A stretch of DNA of 64,000 nucleotides from an uncultured Chloroflexia bacterium (GCA_963774265.1 CAVZDU010000002.1:96001-160000), one strand, 5' to 3'. Positions 6,100 through 18,211 are shown, numbered from the stretch's first letter. The notes: a model not told the origin generated them from the letters alone. A program made the numbers and translations.

Positions 6100-7992
6100 G
6101 TGGCCCTGCGGAGTGCATCGTTGAATTCATCAAACTCCTCTTCGCCCGGTCAGAAGCCATCGTCGCCGGCCAGCCGCCTGAGAACCCAGGTGCGGGAGTT
6201 CTGGGAGGCGCTGCGCAATACGCCGGAAGCGTTCCGCCTGGTGTGGTCGGCCAGCCGCCGCGCAGCCCTGGCGGGAATAGGACTGACGCTGATCGCGGCC
6301 GTCCTGCCCGCAGGGCAGGCGTGGGTAGGCAAGCTGATCGTCGATGCCATCGTCAGCGCGATCGGCCAGGGCATGGAGCCGGTCGCCGGGCTCCGCTTTG
6401 TCCTGCCTTACCTGGCGCTGGAGTTCGCCCTGCTGCTGATCAGCTCAATCACGAGCCAGGTGCGCAATCTTTTCGATCGCGTGCTCCAATCGCAGCTCAC
6501 CAACCACGTCAACAGCCTCATCATCAACAAGGCGATCGGCCTGGACCTGCAGTTCTTCGAAGACCCGATCTTCTACGATATGCTGCAGAATGCGCGGCGC
6601 CAGGCCGACACCAGCGCGCTCAGTATCGTCAACTCCACACTCCAGATGGCGCAACAGGTCATCACGCTGGTGTCGCTGGTCGCCCTTCTGGTGCGGTTCA
6701 GCCCGTGGCTCGCGGTCATCGTCTTCGTGTCCGCGATTCCGGCCTTCCTCTCACAATCCCAATACGCGGAGCGCGCGTTTCGCGCGGTCAGCCGCCGCGC
6801 GCCCGAATCCCGGCTTCTGAACTACCTGGAAATGCTACTGACAGGCAACGACACCGTGAAGGAGATCAAGCTCTTTGGACTGGGCAAACCGTTGCTCAAG
6901 CGCTACCAGGAGCTCTTCACGCAGTTCTACCTGGAGGACCTCGCCATCTCCCAGCGGCGCACGCTCGCGGGGTTGGTCTGGGGCCTGTTGTCCAACCTGG
7001 CCTACTACGGCAGCTATGCCTGGATTGTCCTGCGCACGGTCGCGGGCCGCATCACCCTGGGCGACATGACGATGTTCCTGGGCATCTTCCGGCAGTCCCA
7101 GAGCTCGATCCGTTCGCTGCTCGACAGCTTGAACCGCCTCTACGAGAGCAACCTGTACCTCGACAATTTGCTCGACTATCTGAAGCTGCAGCCGCTGCTG
7201 GTCGCGCCGGCGAACGGCCTCACCGTGCCCGCACCGATCCGCCAGGGAATCGAGTTCCGGAACGTCTCCTTCTGTTACCCCGGGTCCGACACCTTTGTAT
7301 TGCGAAATATCAACCTGCACATTCAGCCCAGCGAGCGCATCGCGTTGGTCGGCTTGAACGGCGCAGGCAAGACGACGCTGATCAAGCTACTCACGCGGCT
7401 CTATGACCCGACCGAGGGCCAAATTCTGCTCGATGGCGTGGACCTGCGCGAGTACGACCTGACGAGCCTCCACCAGTGCTTCGGCGTTATTTTCCAGGAC
7501 TTCGTGCGCTACCAGTTCACGGTGCGAGAGAACATCGGCTTCGGTCAGGTGGATGCGCTCGATGACCTCGATCGGATCAAGGATGCGGCGGACCGCGGGG
7601 GCGCCGACTCGATCGTCGAGAAGATGCCCAAGGGTTACGACACTATGCTGGGGCGGCGCTGGGAAAAGGGCCAGGAGCTGTCGGGCGGGCAGTGGCAGAA
7701 GATCGCGCTGGCTCGCGCGTTCATGCGGAAAGCCGAGGTGCTCGTATTAGACGAGCCGACTTCTGCCCTGGACGCAGAGGCGGAATATGAAGTATTCCGG
7801 CGCTTCGGCGAGCTGATGGAAGGCCGCATCGCCGTGCTGATTTCGCACCGCTTCTCGACCGTGCGCATGGCGGACCGGATCGTGGTGTTATCGGCAGGCA
7901 AAATCCTGGAGCTGGGCAGTCACGCGGCGTTAATGTCGCTGGACGGCGCGTATGCGCGGTTGTTTAATTTGCAGGCGGAAGGGTATCGATAG
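6100..7992 (+). CDS. ABC exporter, fused permease + ATPase
   Basis: N-terminal TM helices; Walker A GLNGAGKTT; signature LSGGQWQKIALAR; Walker B VLVLDEPT; H-loop ISHR. Confidence 0.95.
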   Translation: MALRSASLNSSNSSSPGQKPSSPASRLRTQVREFWEALRNTPEAFRLVWSASRRAALAGIGLTLIAAVLPAGQAWVGKLIVDAIVSAIGQGMEPVAGLRFVLPYLALEFALLLISSITSQVRNLFDRVLQSQLTNHVNSLIINKAIGLDLQFFEDPIFYDMLQNARRQADTSALSIVNSTLQMAQQVITLVSLVALLVRFSPWLAVIVFVSAIPAFLSQSQYAERAFRAVSRRAPESRLLNYLEMLLTGNDTVKEIKLFGLGKPLLKRYQELFTQFYLEDLAISQRRTLAGLVWGLLSNLAYYGSYAWIVLRTVAGRITLGDMTMFLGIFRQSQSSIRSLLDSLNRLYESNLYLDNLLDYLKLQPLLVAPANGLTVPAPIRQGIEFRNVSFCYPGSDTFVLRNINLHIQPSERIALVGLNGAGKTTLIKLLTRLYDPTEGQILLDGVDLREYDLTSLHQCFGVIFQDFVRYQFTVRENIGFGQVDALDDLDRIKDAADRGGADSIVEKMPKGYDTMLGRRWEKGQELSGGQWQKIALARAFMRKAEVLVLDEPTSALDAEAEYEVFRRFGELMEGRIAVLISHRFSTVRMADRIVVLSAGKILELGSHAALMSLDGAYARLFNLQAEGYR

Positions 7993-8082
7993 CGCGACTC
8001 TCTGCCTTCCTCGTTTGTGGTATACTTGCACTCCGCATGGCAGTGTGGCCTGCACCAACGTTATCCTGTACCGAGGTGGCAG

Positions 8083-10902
8083 GTGGGCACCACTCCCCCA
8101 TTCGTTGACCGTGACCTTGAGATGGCACGCCTCGATGCGTGGCTCGGCGAGGCATTGGCCGGACATGGCCTCGCCGGCTTCGTGGCCGGCGAGGCAGGCG
8201 CGGGCAAAACTGCGCTGATGGCCGAGTTCGCGCGGCGCGCCCAAGTGCGACACAGCACTTTATTGGTCGCCTCGGGTAGCTGCGACGCGCCCACCGGGGT
8301 GGGCGATGCATTCTTGCCCTTCCGTGAAGTCCTCGCTCTGCTCATCGGCGATGTGGATGCCGGGCTCGCGAGCGGAGCCATCAACGAGGCCAACGCCGAG
8401 CGCTTGCGCCGGGTCGTCGCTCGCTCCACCGAGATCCTCCTGGAGGTGGGTCTGGAGCTGGTCGGTGCATTCGTACCCATGGGAGGTCTCATCGCCGCGC
8501 TGGCCCGGCTGGCTAAGAAGTCCACTGGGCTCGATAAAAAACTCGCAGATTTGAGTGAACGCCAACGTCCCGGCAGCACTGCGCCCGCTGCCGCGCCGGA
8601 GCAGATTTTCGAGCAGTACCTGGCGTTCCTGCGCAAGTTGTCCGCCGAGCAGCCGCTCGTGATCCTATTTGACGATCTTCACTGGGGCGACAGTTCGTCG
8701 ATCAGTCTGCTTTTCCACATCGCCCGCCGCATCGAATCTTATCCGATTCTGCTCGTCGGTTCCTTCCGCCCAAGTGAGATCGAGCTTGGCAGGGGGGGCC
8801 AACGTCACCCGCTCGAAAAGATGTTGGCCGAGCTTAAGCGCTACACTGGTGAAACCACGATAGACCTGGACCAAACGGCTCGCTCGGGCGCGCGCACATT
8901 CGTGGATGCTTTTCTCGACTCCGAGATGAGCGGCTTAGGCTTCGACTTCCGGCGCATGCTCGCAGAACGAACCCGAGGTAATCCGCTCTTCGTCGTGGAA
9001 ATGCTGAGCACCCTGCGGGAGCGCGGCGCCGTCGCCCAGACGCCCGACGGCAGATGGACCGTCGACCCCACCCTTGATTGGGACGCACTGCCGACGCGCG
9101 TGGAGGGGGTTGTCGAGGAGCGCATCGGCCGGCTTACGACTGAACTGCGCAGGATCCTTACGGTGGCAAGCGTGGAGGGCGAGCAGTTCACCGCGGAGAT
9201 CCTGGCGCGGCTCCAACGTGTGGATGAACGCGACCTCGTGCGCCAACTGAGTGACGAGCTGGCGCGGCGGCACCGCCTGGTCGAGGCGACCGGCATGGAG
9301 CGTATCGGGGCTCAACGGCTCTCACTGTACCGCTTCACGCATCGTCCCGTGCAGACCTACCTGCACCGATCGCTAGACCGTATCGAGCGCGCCTATTTAC
9401 ACGAGGACGTCGCCCGGGTGCTCGAGGAGTTCTACGGCGACCGACTGGATGACATCGCCTTGCAGCTGGCGCATCACTACATGGAAGCGGGGTTGGTCAT
9501 CCAAGCCGCGCACTATCTTCGCAGTGCGGGCGAAGTAGCTGCCTCGCGCTACGCCCACGTAGAGGCGGCGGATCTATTCGGCCAGGCGCTCAGCCTTACA
9601 CCCAACGGCGACACAGCAAGCCAGTTCTCCCTGCTCCTGGTACTCGAAACCGCGCACCAGTGGCAGGGCAAGCGGCAGGAACAGGCCGAGGATCTGGCAG
9701 CCCTGGCCGCCCTGGCCGAGCGAATGGGTGATCCACGCGGCATAGCCGAGGTGCATCTACGTCGCGCGGAGCACGCCCGGCTGACCGGCCACTATCCCGA
9801 GGCACTGGATCAAGCGGAGCAAGCGGTGGCCGCAGCAGTGAAGGCAGCCGCGAAGGACCTGGAAGCACGCTCTTACGGGCTTTGGGGCCGTATACTACTT
9901 CAACAAGACAGCTACACAGAAGCGGAGGAATGGCTTCGGCTGGCGATTGAGATGGGGAAAGCCAATGGACAGCTCGAGGTGGCCGCGCGCGCACAATACG
10001 ATCTCGGCAATACTGCATTCTCGGTCAGCCACTTCATCGAAGCCCAGACTCGTTTCGCGACTGCCACGAACCTGTACCGCGATCTGGGCGACCGCCGCGG
10101 CCTGGTCGCTTGCCTTCAAATGTCCGGGGCAGTTAAGCGCAGGCTCGGCGATTATGTGGCCTCAATGAATGAACTAGAAGAAGCGCTTAGGATGTGCCGA
10201 GACCTCGGTTGGCGGCACCAGGAAGCCTACGCGTTAGGCGCGCTTGGCGACACCGCATTGGATTTGGGCCAGTACCCGACAGCCGCTCGTTGGCACGATC
10301 AATGCCTGGTCGTGTGTCGTGAGGTCGAGGATTGGGAGGGTGAGGCGATCAGTCTGTACACGCTCGGCTCGATTCTCCACCGACTGGGTCAGCCGATCGA
10401 AGCGGCAGCCCTGTTCAAGCAATCGCTGGAAGTCCTCGAGCGGATCCAATACCGCAGAGGCATAGGCTATGCAGTGACTTATCTAGGCCTGGCGCTGCTT
10501 GACGCAGGCCAACCCGCGGAAGCGCTGACCGCACTAGAGCGGGCGCTCGCTGTCCGGACAGAGCTAGATCCAGACAGCGGAACCCTGGCCGATACCTTTG
10601 GTGGCCTGGCCTCCGCGGCCCTTGCCCTGGGCGACAGGGCTGCGGCCCAGAGATATGCTCGGAACGCCCTGGCCGCACTCGAGGCGGCCGGGGAAGATGC
10701 AGTCGAATATCCCGCGCAAGTCTACTGGCAGTGCTATCAGGTGCTCCGCGCGGAGGATGTGGCCGACCCCGCGGCCAGACAAGCTCTCGAGCGCGGCCGA
10801 GCCTGGATCCAGAGACAAGCGGCGCGCATCCACGATGATACGCTGCGCGCCAGCTTCCTGCAGAATGTGCCCTTCAACGCGGCACTCCGAACCGCCAGGT
10901 GA
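8083..10902 (+). CDS. STAND-class AAA ATPase with TPR repeats
   Basis: FVDRDLE start motif, Walker A GEAGAGKT, Walker B ILFDDLHWGD, RTRGNPLFV, YRFTH, then TPRs and C-terminal LRASFLQNVP. GTG 8083 follows GAGG (the ORF track starts at 8017). Confidence 0.9.
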   Translation: MGTTPPFVDRDLEMARLDAWLGEALAGHGLAGFVAGEAGAGKTALMAEFARRAQVRHSTLLVASGSCDAPTGVGDAFLPFREVLALLIGDVDAGLASGAINEANAERLRRVVARSTEILLEVGLELVGAFVPMGGLIAALARLAKKSTGLDKKLADLSERQRPGSTAPAAAPEQIFEQYLAFLRKLSAEQPLVILFDDLHWGDSSSISLLFHIARRIESYPILLVGSFRPSEIELGRGGQRHPLEKMLAELKRYTGETTIDLDQTARSGARTFVDAFLDSEMSGLGFDFRRMLAERTRGNPLFVVEMLSTLRERGAVAQTPDGRWTVDPTLDWDALPTRVEGVVEERIGRLTTELRRILTVASVEGEQFTAEILARLQRVDERDLVRQLSDELARRHRLVEATGMERIGAQRLSLYRFTHRPVQTYLHRSLDRIERAYLHEDVARVLEEFYGDRLDDIALQLAHHYMEAGLVIQAAHYLRSAGEVAASRYAHVEAADLFGQALSLTPNGDTASQFSLLLVLETAHQWQGKRQEQAEDLAALAALAERMGDPRGIAEVHLRRAEHARLTGHYPEALDQAEQAVAAAVKAAAKDLEARSYGLWGRILLQQDSYTEAEEWLRLAIEMGKANGQLEVAARAQYDLGNTAFSVSHFIEAQTRFATATNLYRDLGDRRGLVACLQMSGAVKRRLGDYVASMNELEEALRMCRDLGWRHQEAYALGALGDTALDLGQYPTAARWHDQCLVVCREVEDWEGEAISLYTLGSILHRLGQPIEAAALFKQSLEVLERIQYRRGIGYAVTYLGLALLDAGQPAEALTALERALAVRTELDPDSGTLADTFGGLASAALALGDRAAAQRYARNALAALEAAGEDAVEYPAQVYWQCYQVLRAEDVADPAARQALERGRAWIQRQAARIHDDTLRASFLQNVPFNAALRTAR

Positions 10903-10920
10903 GCAAATTTCCACCCGGTT

Positions 10921-13900
10921 CTACCTGAGCGTCAAGTTATGCCGAATCGGACCGCGGTTATCCCATGATTGCCGATCGCCGATCTCAACCTTTCCCAGTG
11001 TGAAGACCACCTGTCTTCCCGGGCTGCCGCAATCGCTCTGCACGCCCGGCTCAGCGGCAGACACCTTCAGTACATAGCGGAGTTCCCCAGGGGCGTCACC
11101 GGCCATCACTGCCCCAATCCCACAGGTCACCCCATCGACCAGCGCGGTCACTTGCGCGCCTTCAGCCGTTCCTGCTGTCCCATCGATCGAGCCGTAATAC
11201 ACCGCGGGTGGGTTCCGCCGCCCGAACGCAACAACTGATCCTGGCTGGCTTGACGCCAATGCGCTCGATTGACCAGCCGTAAGCGGGATTCTCATACGGA
11301 GCACCAGCGGTTGATCCTGCGTCGGCTTCGCCGGCCCGACAATATTGATCCAGTATCCGCGGCCATATTCCAGCCTGGACAGGTCACTCACCCACGGAGG
11401 GGCGGCTGCATCAAAGACGGACCACGGGTCACCCGCATCATCGTTGTCATAGGCATAGATGGTCGTATAGTGCCCGATGATGGACTTCAGCGCCTCAGTC
11501 ACCGGACGGCTTTCGGGCAAGGGATAGGCGAAGAGATTCCAGCCGCTGGTGTAGAAGGGGAGATCGACGCTGGCCGCCAAGACGTATAAGCCGGATTCAG
11601 TCGCAGAGGCTGTGGCGGTGTTCTCTTCAGAATCCAGATCAGTCGCCAATGCCTGCCAAACTCGACCTTCGTCAGGTGAGAAATACAGCGTCAAGGCGTG
11701 TTCGTAACCTGGCGGGGCTTCGCGCTGCAGATAGTTGAAAGCAATACTACGAGGCACCTTGCTGTTTGCGATGAAGCGATAGCCGCGCCCGACCGGGGTT
11801 AGCCATTCCGGGAGGCCCGGAATGACCGCCAGCGCTTCCAGGGAAAGGGTGCCCGTGTCGTCGAGCACGTTGCTGCGGTTAAAGATGGTTACCTGGCCAT
11901 CGGACGAGCCCATCGGTGCGCCCAGAGCGCGCCGGTTGGCGCCCCAGGCGCGCGCATCCGCGCCCAAGCCGGGTCGACCTGATGCGCCCAAGCCGGGTCG
12001 ACCTGATGCACCCAGACCGGGTCGGCCTGATGCACCCAGACCGGGTCGGCCTGACGCACCCAGACCGGGTCGGCCTGATGCACCCAGACCGGGTCGGCCT
12101 GACGCACCCAGACCGGGTCGACCTGACGCACCGGACCCACTCTGCCAGGCAACGCCGAAGCCCGGTCTGTTCGTCGCCTGACCGCGTTCGAGCGTATCTT
12201 GGCCAGGTGGTTGTGCCTCTAACCAGGCGTCTGCAAGATCCCGGGCGACCCCAGTCCTCGGTCAGGAAGAACTGACTGACACTCTCTCGAAGGACCTGTG
12301 CTTCCGTGGTGCCCGGGACCCAGACGCGCACAAACCCGGATGGCACCCGTGCTTGCAGCGGAATCACACCTGAATAAACGAGGGGATTGGCAGGGTCTAC
12401 AAACGAGAGTTGACCGTAAACGGCTCCGGTTGGGTCGCCGCCTGCGGGATCAAACGCAGGGAGAACCTGGGCGTAGAGTTGCTGCGCCGATAGTAGCGGT
12501 TGCTCCAAGGTGACTGTGATTGCGATCCCAGGCTGGAACAGATCGACGGGACGCGCACTCTCCACCGTGGCCGTCACAGGCGAGCGAGCGCCGGCGGGGG
12601 GTGGCAACGGTTCGTTGGGGAGTGCCACCGGCGCAACTTGCAGGCTCGGCCGCCACCCTGACCATTGCCGCAGCGTCACACTTGCGCTCCACGGCCGGAT
12701 CTGCTCGCATCCCCAGAGCGGCGGCTGGTGGCTATCGTCGTAAGCACAAACACGGTCGCCCTCGCGCGCCCCTCGAACCCGAACGCGGTCACTCCGCACG
12801 ATGGGTCCCAGAGCCATGATGCGATCGTCCACCAACGAGTTCGTCCCGTAACGCTCGACGAGATATGCCTGGCCTTGTGACAGGCTCAGCCGGGCACCAT
12901 CGTCGCTGCGGAGATCGAAGTTGCGGGATGGCAGCACGCTGGACGGCGATGACGGGTCCATGAACAAGATGCGCGTGACGTCGATCGGCAAGGTGCTCGG
13001 TCCGGGGTTTTGGCGCGGGCTTAGCATGCCGTAGTACTGCGATATCGTCTGCCAATCGGATCTGCCGGTGAGACGGGCCGCGATGGAACGGGCACAGTCA
13101 GCCGAGGGCGACCATTCGGCGGCAGTAAGGAACTCGCTGTAGCTGTCTTCGTACGTATTGGTCATGAAACTGCCCTTGCAGTCTACGCCAACGATATAGC
13201 CGTTATCGTTATACCCCAGGTAGTTGTCGGGCAGAAACAAGAAGTGATGGCCATATTCATGGGCAAGCGCGCGCGACCAGTCACTTGTAAGGTCCGCTCG
13301 GCTTTCGCCAAACGGATCCCAAGCCGGCCCCATCCGAATTTGGCCAGGCCAGAAAGCGTTTGTGATGACCTGCGTCGCGCTGATTATGTCGTCGGTGGGT
13401 TGCGACACCACCCCACCCAACGTCGCGCGCGGCCTAATGCCGCTGCTGGCATAAATGACAGCATCTGCGTTAAGCCAGTCATCACCCGCCTGGAAAACAC
13501 GCACGTCGCCTAGCGCAATCTGGCCATCGCCAACATCGTACAGGGTCTCGGAGGAGCGGATGATCGCCTGTTCCAGGTCATCCAGGAAGGTCCCATCGTT
13601 GCGCGCATCCCATTCCAGCGAGACATCAAGATTGAAGAGCACCAGCGGGTTGGCCTTCGATACGACCAATCTTTGGATGCCGGGCCCCGCGACCTCGGCC
13701 ATCGACAGGCCTGTGCGATTCGGCGATGCGCTGGTATAGTAAAGCGTATAGCTGTATGTCTGTGTGACAGGCCAGAGCGCGACCAATCGGTCGCCAAGTC
13801 CGGTCTCCGCACGGCCCTGCAGGAAGCCAAGGGCATTGGTCAGCAGCGGCTCTCCTGCCTCATTGGCCAGCGGCTGGCCGCCTGAGGTTTCGCCGGCGCG

Positions 13901-16900
13901 GAGCCGGAAGACATACGCACCGGACAGAGGCTTACCCCCATCTTCAGGCTCGCCAACCACCTCGACCTGCGTACCAACCACGCGCAGCAGACCTACCGAT
14001 GAGGAAACATAGGGCCAAAGGCCCGCCTCCGGCAATCCATTGGGGGCCGGTTGGTGGCCCGGATAGGCCTTGAGGCGCAGCACGACGCGATCAGAGCGAT
14101 CAAACAGTTTGCTTGCGAAGGTATCCCATTCGAAAACGTGACTGCTCGATGAGGCCGCAGACGACGACGTTGTGGTAAGGGTTCTGGTCACCGTCCTTGG
14201 GGTCGGCAGCGCGGGCTCCCATTGGCGGCCGGCACCAGGCGAATAAGTCGCCTCGACCCGCCGCACGGCGCGACCACTCGAATCAAGCAAGCGATAGGCA
14301 ACGGGGATGACCGTGTCACGCAGGACCGTGCTCGTCGCATGCAGGCTCGCCGCACCAGAACCGTCGGGACGCGAGATGAACAAGGCAGCGGGCTGATTGG
14401 GGAGGCCATCCGACTGGCGCCAGCGATTTGGGGTCACAGTGACCGGTGAAGAACCGCCGGATATCAGGTCGGCATCGCCGTCGCTGTCGATGTCGGCGGC
14501 GACCAGGTACTTCCGGCCTACACCAGCCATTCCGAAGGTGCGGAGCGCTGGGAAGTTGGCGCGACCATCGTTTACATAGACGGCATCTTCTTCATTTCGC
14601 CTGGCAGCCGTTACGTCAAGATCGCCATCGCCATCCATATCAACCAACTGGATGCCATCGATCCTGACTGCGCTATTGCCGATGACACGTGGCGCCGCGA
14701 AACCGGCGCTGCCATCGTTGAGAAACACCGTGCATTCTCGACCCGCCGAGCCTCCATTACCTGCAGCGATGTCCAGATCGCCGTCCCCGTCCAAATCGCC
14801 CACAGCGATACTGTTGGTATTAGCCGCATCGCCCGGCAAAGGTCGCTCCGCGCCCTGCCAATCGAAGTTCCCGGTCCCATCGTTGAGATAGAGGGTGCTG
14901 CGTTCCGGCCAGCTGCTACCATTCCCTGCCACGACATCCAAATCCGAGTCACCGTCCAGATCACCAACCGCAATCGACGTGGTCGTGGAGGAGGAGCCAC
15001 CGAGTCGCCGCTGATTCTCCGGCAGACTGAAGTTTCCCTCGCCGTCGTTGAGGTAGGCCATATTGCCACCGAATCCATAACCCACGGTGACATCGAGGAA
15101 GGTGTCTCCGTTCAAATCGCCGAGCGCCAGCCCGCTCGCGGCCTGTCGCCCGAACGACTGCCCGGCTGTGAAATCCCCACGCTCCGGCTGATACAAGTAG
15201 ACTGATAGCGGCGCCGAAAAGGACCCCAAAATCAAATCCAAATAGCGGTCGCCGTTGAGATCCCCCAGCACCAGACTGCTCGGCCGGCCCGCAGCAATCG
15301 AAAGGGTTCCGCTAAAAACGCCTGACCCTATGTTCAGGTGGACGAGCACTCCCCGTCCACCCGGTTGGGCAGCCACCAGATCGAGATCGTTATCCAGATC
15401 GATGTCGCCGGCCGCCAAACCGACCACCGGCTGACCTCCTGCGACGTTTGTGGCCGCTGGGAAGGCGCCTGCGCCATCATTGAGATAAACCGCACTGCGT
15501 TCCTGCCAGTTGCCGACGGCAAGGTCGAGATCGCCGTCGTCGTCCAGATCGGCTGTGACCACTGCTGTCGTGGCATCGGCGCCGGTTCCGAAAGTCACTA
15601 CACGACGGTTTCCTCCTGCATCCCCCAGGGACACATCGTTTTGCCCGCCATATCGACCACGTACGACATCAAGACGGCCGTTACCGTCGAGATCCACCAG
15701 CACCAGACCACCCTCGACGAGCGCGGACGGCTGCGGCGGCCTGTCCGGTGATGGGCTCAAGTTTGCCTCCTCTTCGATGTTGCTAGAATCAGGCAACGTG
15801 GGTACTCGGGTCGTCGGTGGAACGAGATCTACGGGGTCCGCAAAGCCGCCCTGTGACAGCGAGAGAAAAACGCGATCCGGAGCAGCGCCAAAAGCTGCAA
15901 CGATGTCGAATCCTGCCTGGGCATCTATATCGCCTACAGCGACGTGCTGCCAGACCAGGCCAGGGGCTGCATTGCCAAGACACACCATTGCGGGTAGGCC
16001 GGGCGAATCATGAACAGAGCACGTTTCTGGCGCACCGACCGAAAAACGCCCTGACCCATCGTTGAGATACACAACGCCCTGCCCGCCCGCGCCGTCAGAT
16101 TGGTTGTAACCCACGATGATGTCCAGGCTGGGGCCAGCGTCAAGCGGCGCCAGCGCCATGGTGGCCGCCGTTGCGGTCATGTTGAGGCAGATCACCCCTG
16201 TGGGCGGTGTCGCGCAGTCGTCGATCGGTCCTTCGTGAAAAACACCCTCCCCCTGGTTCACCAGGACAAGGCTCAAGCCGATACCTCCGGCCACAATATC
16301 CAGACGCGCGTCGCCGTTTATGTCGCCAATCGCCAGGGTCCGGTAATGTGCCGCCGGTGGCCCAAATGGACGGCCGCGACCCAAGAAACCCCGACCATCG
16401 TTGAGGTAAATCCGCCCACCCAAGCCGTCTGTTACGGCAACGATGTCGGGTGCAGAGTCACCGTTCATATCACCGGCTGCCACGACGACAATGGGAGGTG
16501 CATCAGGCAGGCGTCCGGAGGCAATTTGCTCATCGGCTGCATCTGCTGCCCCGCCGAAGCACCTGAGAACGGACTCCAGCGTGGCGCAGTCGCCTGCGAC
16601 CCCGTCATGGAATCTGCCGCGCCCATCGTTCAAATAGACGGCACTCTGCTGACCGAAGTTGCCGACCGCTAAGTCCAGATCGCCGTCATCATCAATATCC
16701 ACCGCCACGATGCTCTGGGTTCGATCGAGACCGGAGCCAAACCGCTGCCTGTCGTCGAACGAGGGATCTCCTGCGAAGACTCCACCGGGCCAGAACACGA
16801 AGCAGACTGCAATGATGGACAAGCCGAGACAGACGTGCATGCGGGAGGGCTTTCGCAGCCAAAAGCGTGCTGCGGCGGCAAGGCTCAGAGCGGGTACAAA

Positions 16901-16912
16901 AACGGACATCAT
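10921..16912 (-). CDS. ~2,000-aa secreted FG-GAP/VCBS repeat protein with CLCA-like zinc metalloprotease domain and Gly-rich octapeptide repeats (one frameshift near 12240)
   Basis: Signal-like N-terminus; many GD(L/I)DGDGDLD repeats; AHEYGHHFLFLPDNY zincin motif. Removing one base near 12240 joins ORF 16912 to ORF 10921-11991 through (ASGRPGLG)7. Confidence 0.85.
11960..12132 (-). repeat. 24-bp tandem repeat x7 encoding ASGRPGLG
   Basis: Units GC(G/A)CCCA(AG/GA)CCGGGTCG(A/G)CCTGA(T/C) from 11960 to 12127 plus a partial unit. All unit differences are synonymous in the minus-strand ASGRPGLG frame. Confidence 0.95.
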
Positions 16913-17078
16913 CCCTCCATTGACTAACGCGGAGAGCTTCCCCGCGGCTGTGCATTCCCTAACGCCAGTTCCGTATCATGGGTCAAATGAGACTCTAATA
17001 TAATACAACATGTGCACAAGCAATGCAAACATTACGATGCAGCCAATCGCACACGTGGTAGCCTTGTTCTGTTCGGCT

Positions 17079-17107
17079 TTGACGCACTCCACAATTGGTG
17101 GTACGGT
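17079..17107 (+). promoter_or_regulatory. Sigma70 promoter of the DUF4432 gene
   Basis: TTGACG-17 bp-TACGGT with TGn extension. Confidence 0.45.
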
Positions 17108-17154
17108 CAGGTAGTGCATACCCCATGACCTTCGCCCTTTAGCTGGAGGACTTG

Positions 17155-18183
17155 ATGCCAACACTTTTTGGTCGCCGGTGGACACGCGCCGAGCTTCGCC
17201 AACACACCGGACGCATGGAACAACTTGCGGGCATCCGCGCGGTCGAGCATGTGGACGGGCGGGCACGCGGCTCACGCGGATTCGAGGTGTGGACAGGCTC
17301 CGGCCTGACGTTTCACGTGCTCGCAGATCGTGCACTCGATATCTCGACGTGCACGCTTAACGGAAAGTCGCTCGGATGGCTGTCCCCGGGCGATGAGGCG
17401 CACCCGGCGTTCAGTGAACCACAGGGGCTCGGGTGGCTGCGCAGCTTCGGGGGTGGCCTGCTGGTCACTTGCGGGCTGGATCACTTCGGTTCGCCATCGG
17501 AAGATGGCGAGTCGCTGGGAATTCACGGGCGAATCGGCAACCTCCCTGCTGAGCAGGTCAGCTATCGCACCTATTGGGAGGGCGACGAATACCGATTGGA
17601 GATCACCGGGCAGGTGCGTCAGTCACGGCCGTTCGGTGAGAACCTGCTGCTCCGTCGCCGGCTCAGCACCGCGCTCGGGGCGAGGGCGTTGACAATCGAG
17701 GACGAAGTGATCAACGATGGGCACGAACCCGTGCCACACATGATCCTCTATCACTTCAACCTGGGCTTTCCCCTCATCAGCCAGGCCACTGAACTTGATC
17801 TTCCCATGTCCAAGGTCACCCCACGGACCGAGCGCGCTGCGGCCGCGCTGGACCGGCATATGCAGCTCCAGCCGCCGACCCCAGGATTCCAGGAAGAAGT
17901 GTTCATCATCGAGGCAAAGGGCGACGCATCGGGACGGGCATCTGCGCGGATAACGAATCGAGAGACCGGAGTTGCTGGAGAGCTATCCTGGAGCACGGAC
18001 ACACTGCCCTACCTCATGCAGTGGAAGATGATGGGGCAGGGGATGTATGTGCTCGGGGTTGAGCCAGGCAACACAGGTACTCTCGAAGGCCGCGCGGAGG
18101 CGCGGCGGCTGGGAATGCTGACCGAATTGGCGCCAGGGGAGAGCCGGCGTTACTCGGTAACGTTTACGGCGTCAGAAGTGTAG
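17155..18183 (+). CDS. Aldose 1-epimerase family protein (DUF4432)
   Basis: GSGLTFHVLADRALDI, WLRSFGGGLLVTCGL, GIHGRI, LYHFNLGFP, YVLGVEP. Confidence 0.85.
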   Translation: MPTLFGRRWTRAELRQHTGRMEQLAGIRAVEHVDGRARGSRGFEVWTGSGLTFHVLADRALDISTCTLNGKSLGWLSPGDEAHPAFSEPQGLGWLRSFGGGLLVTCGLDHFGSPSEDGESLGIHGRIGNLPAEQVSYRTYWEGDEYRLEITGQVRQSRPFGENLLLRRRLSTALGARALTIEDEVINDGHEPVPHMILYHFNLGFPLISQATELDLPMSKVTPRTERAAAALDRHMQLQPPTPGFQEEVFIIEAKGDASGRASARITNRETGVAGELSWSTDTLPYLMQWKMMGQGMYVLGVEPGNTGTLEGRAEARRLGMLTELAPGESRRYSVTFTASEV

Positions 18184-18211
18184 GTAGGAGGTTCCAAGCC
18201 TGTAGGACGTA

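Noticed and set aside
11960-12132. CRISPR-like array
   Set aside because: Units are head-to-tail with no spacers, vary only at synonymous codon positions, and no cas genes are present.
11822-12181. Plus-strand ORF with APRPGRPD repeats and the alternative minus-strand CVRPTRSG frame
   Set aside because: Shadow frames: unit variation is non-synonymous in them but synonymous in the ASGRPGLG frame.
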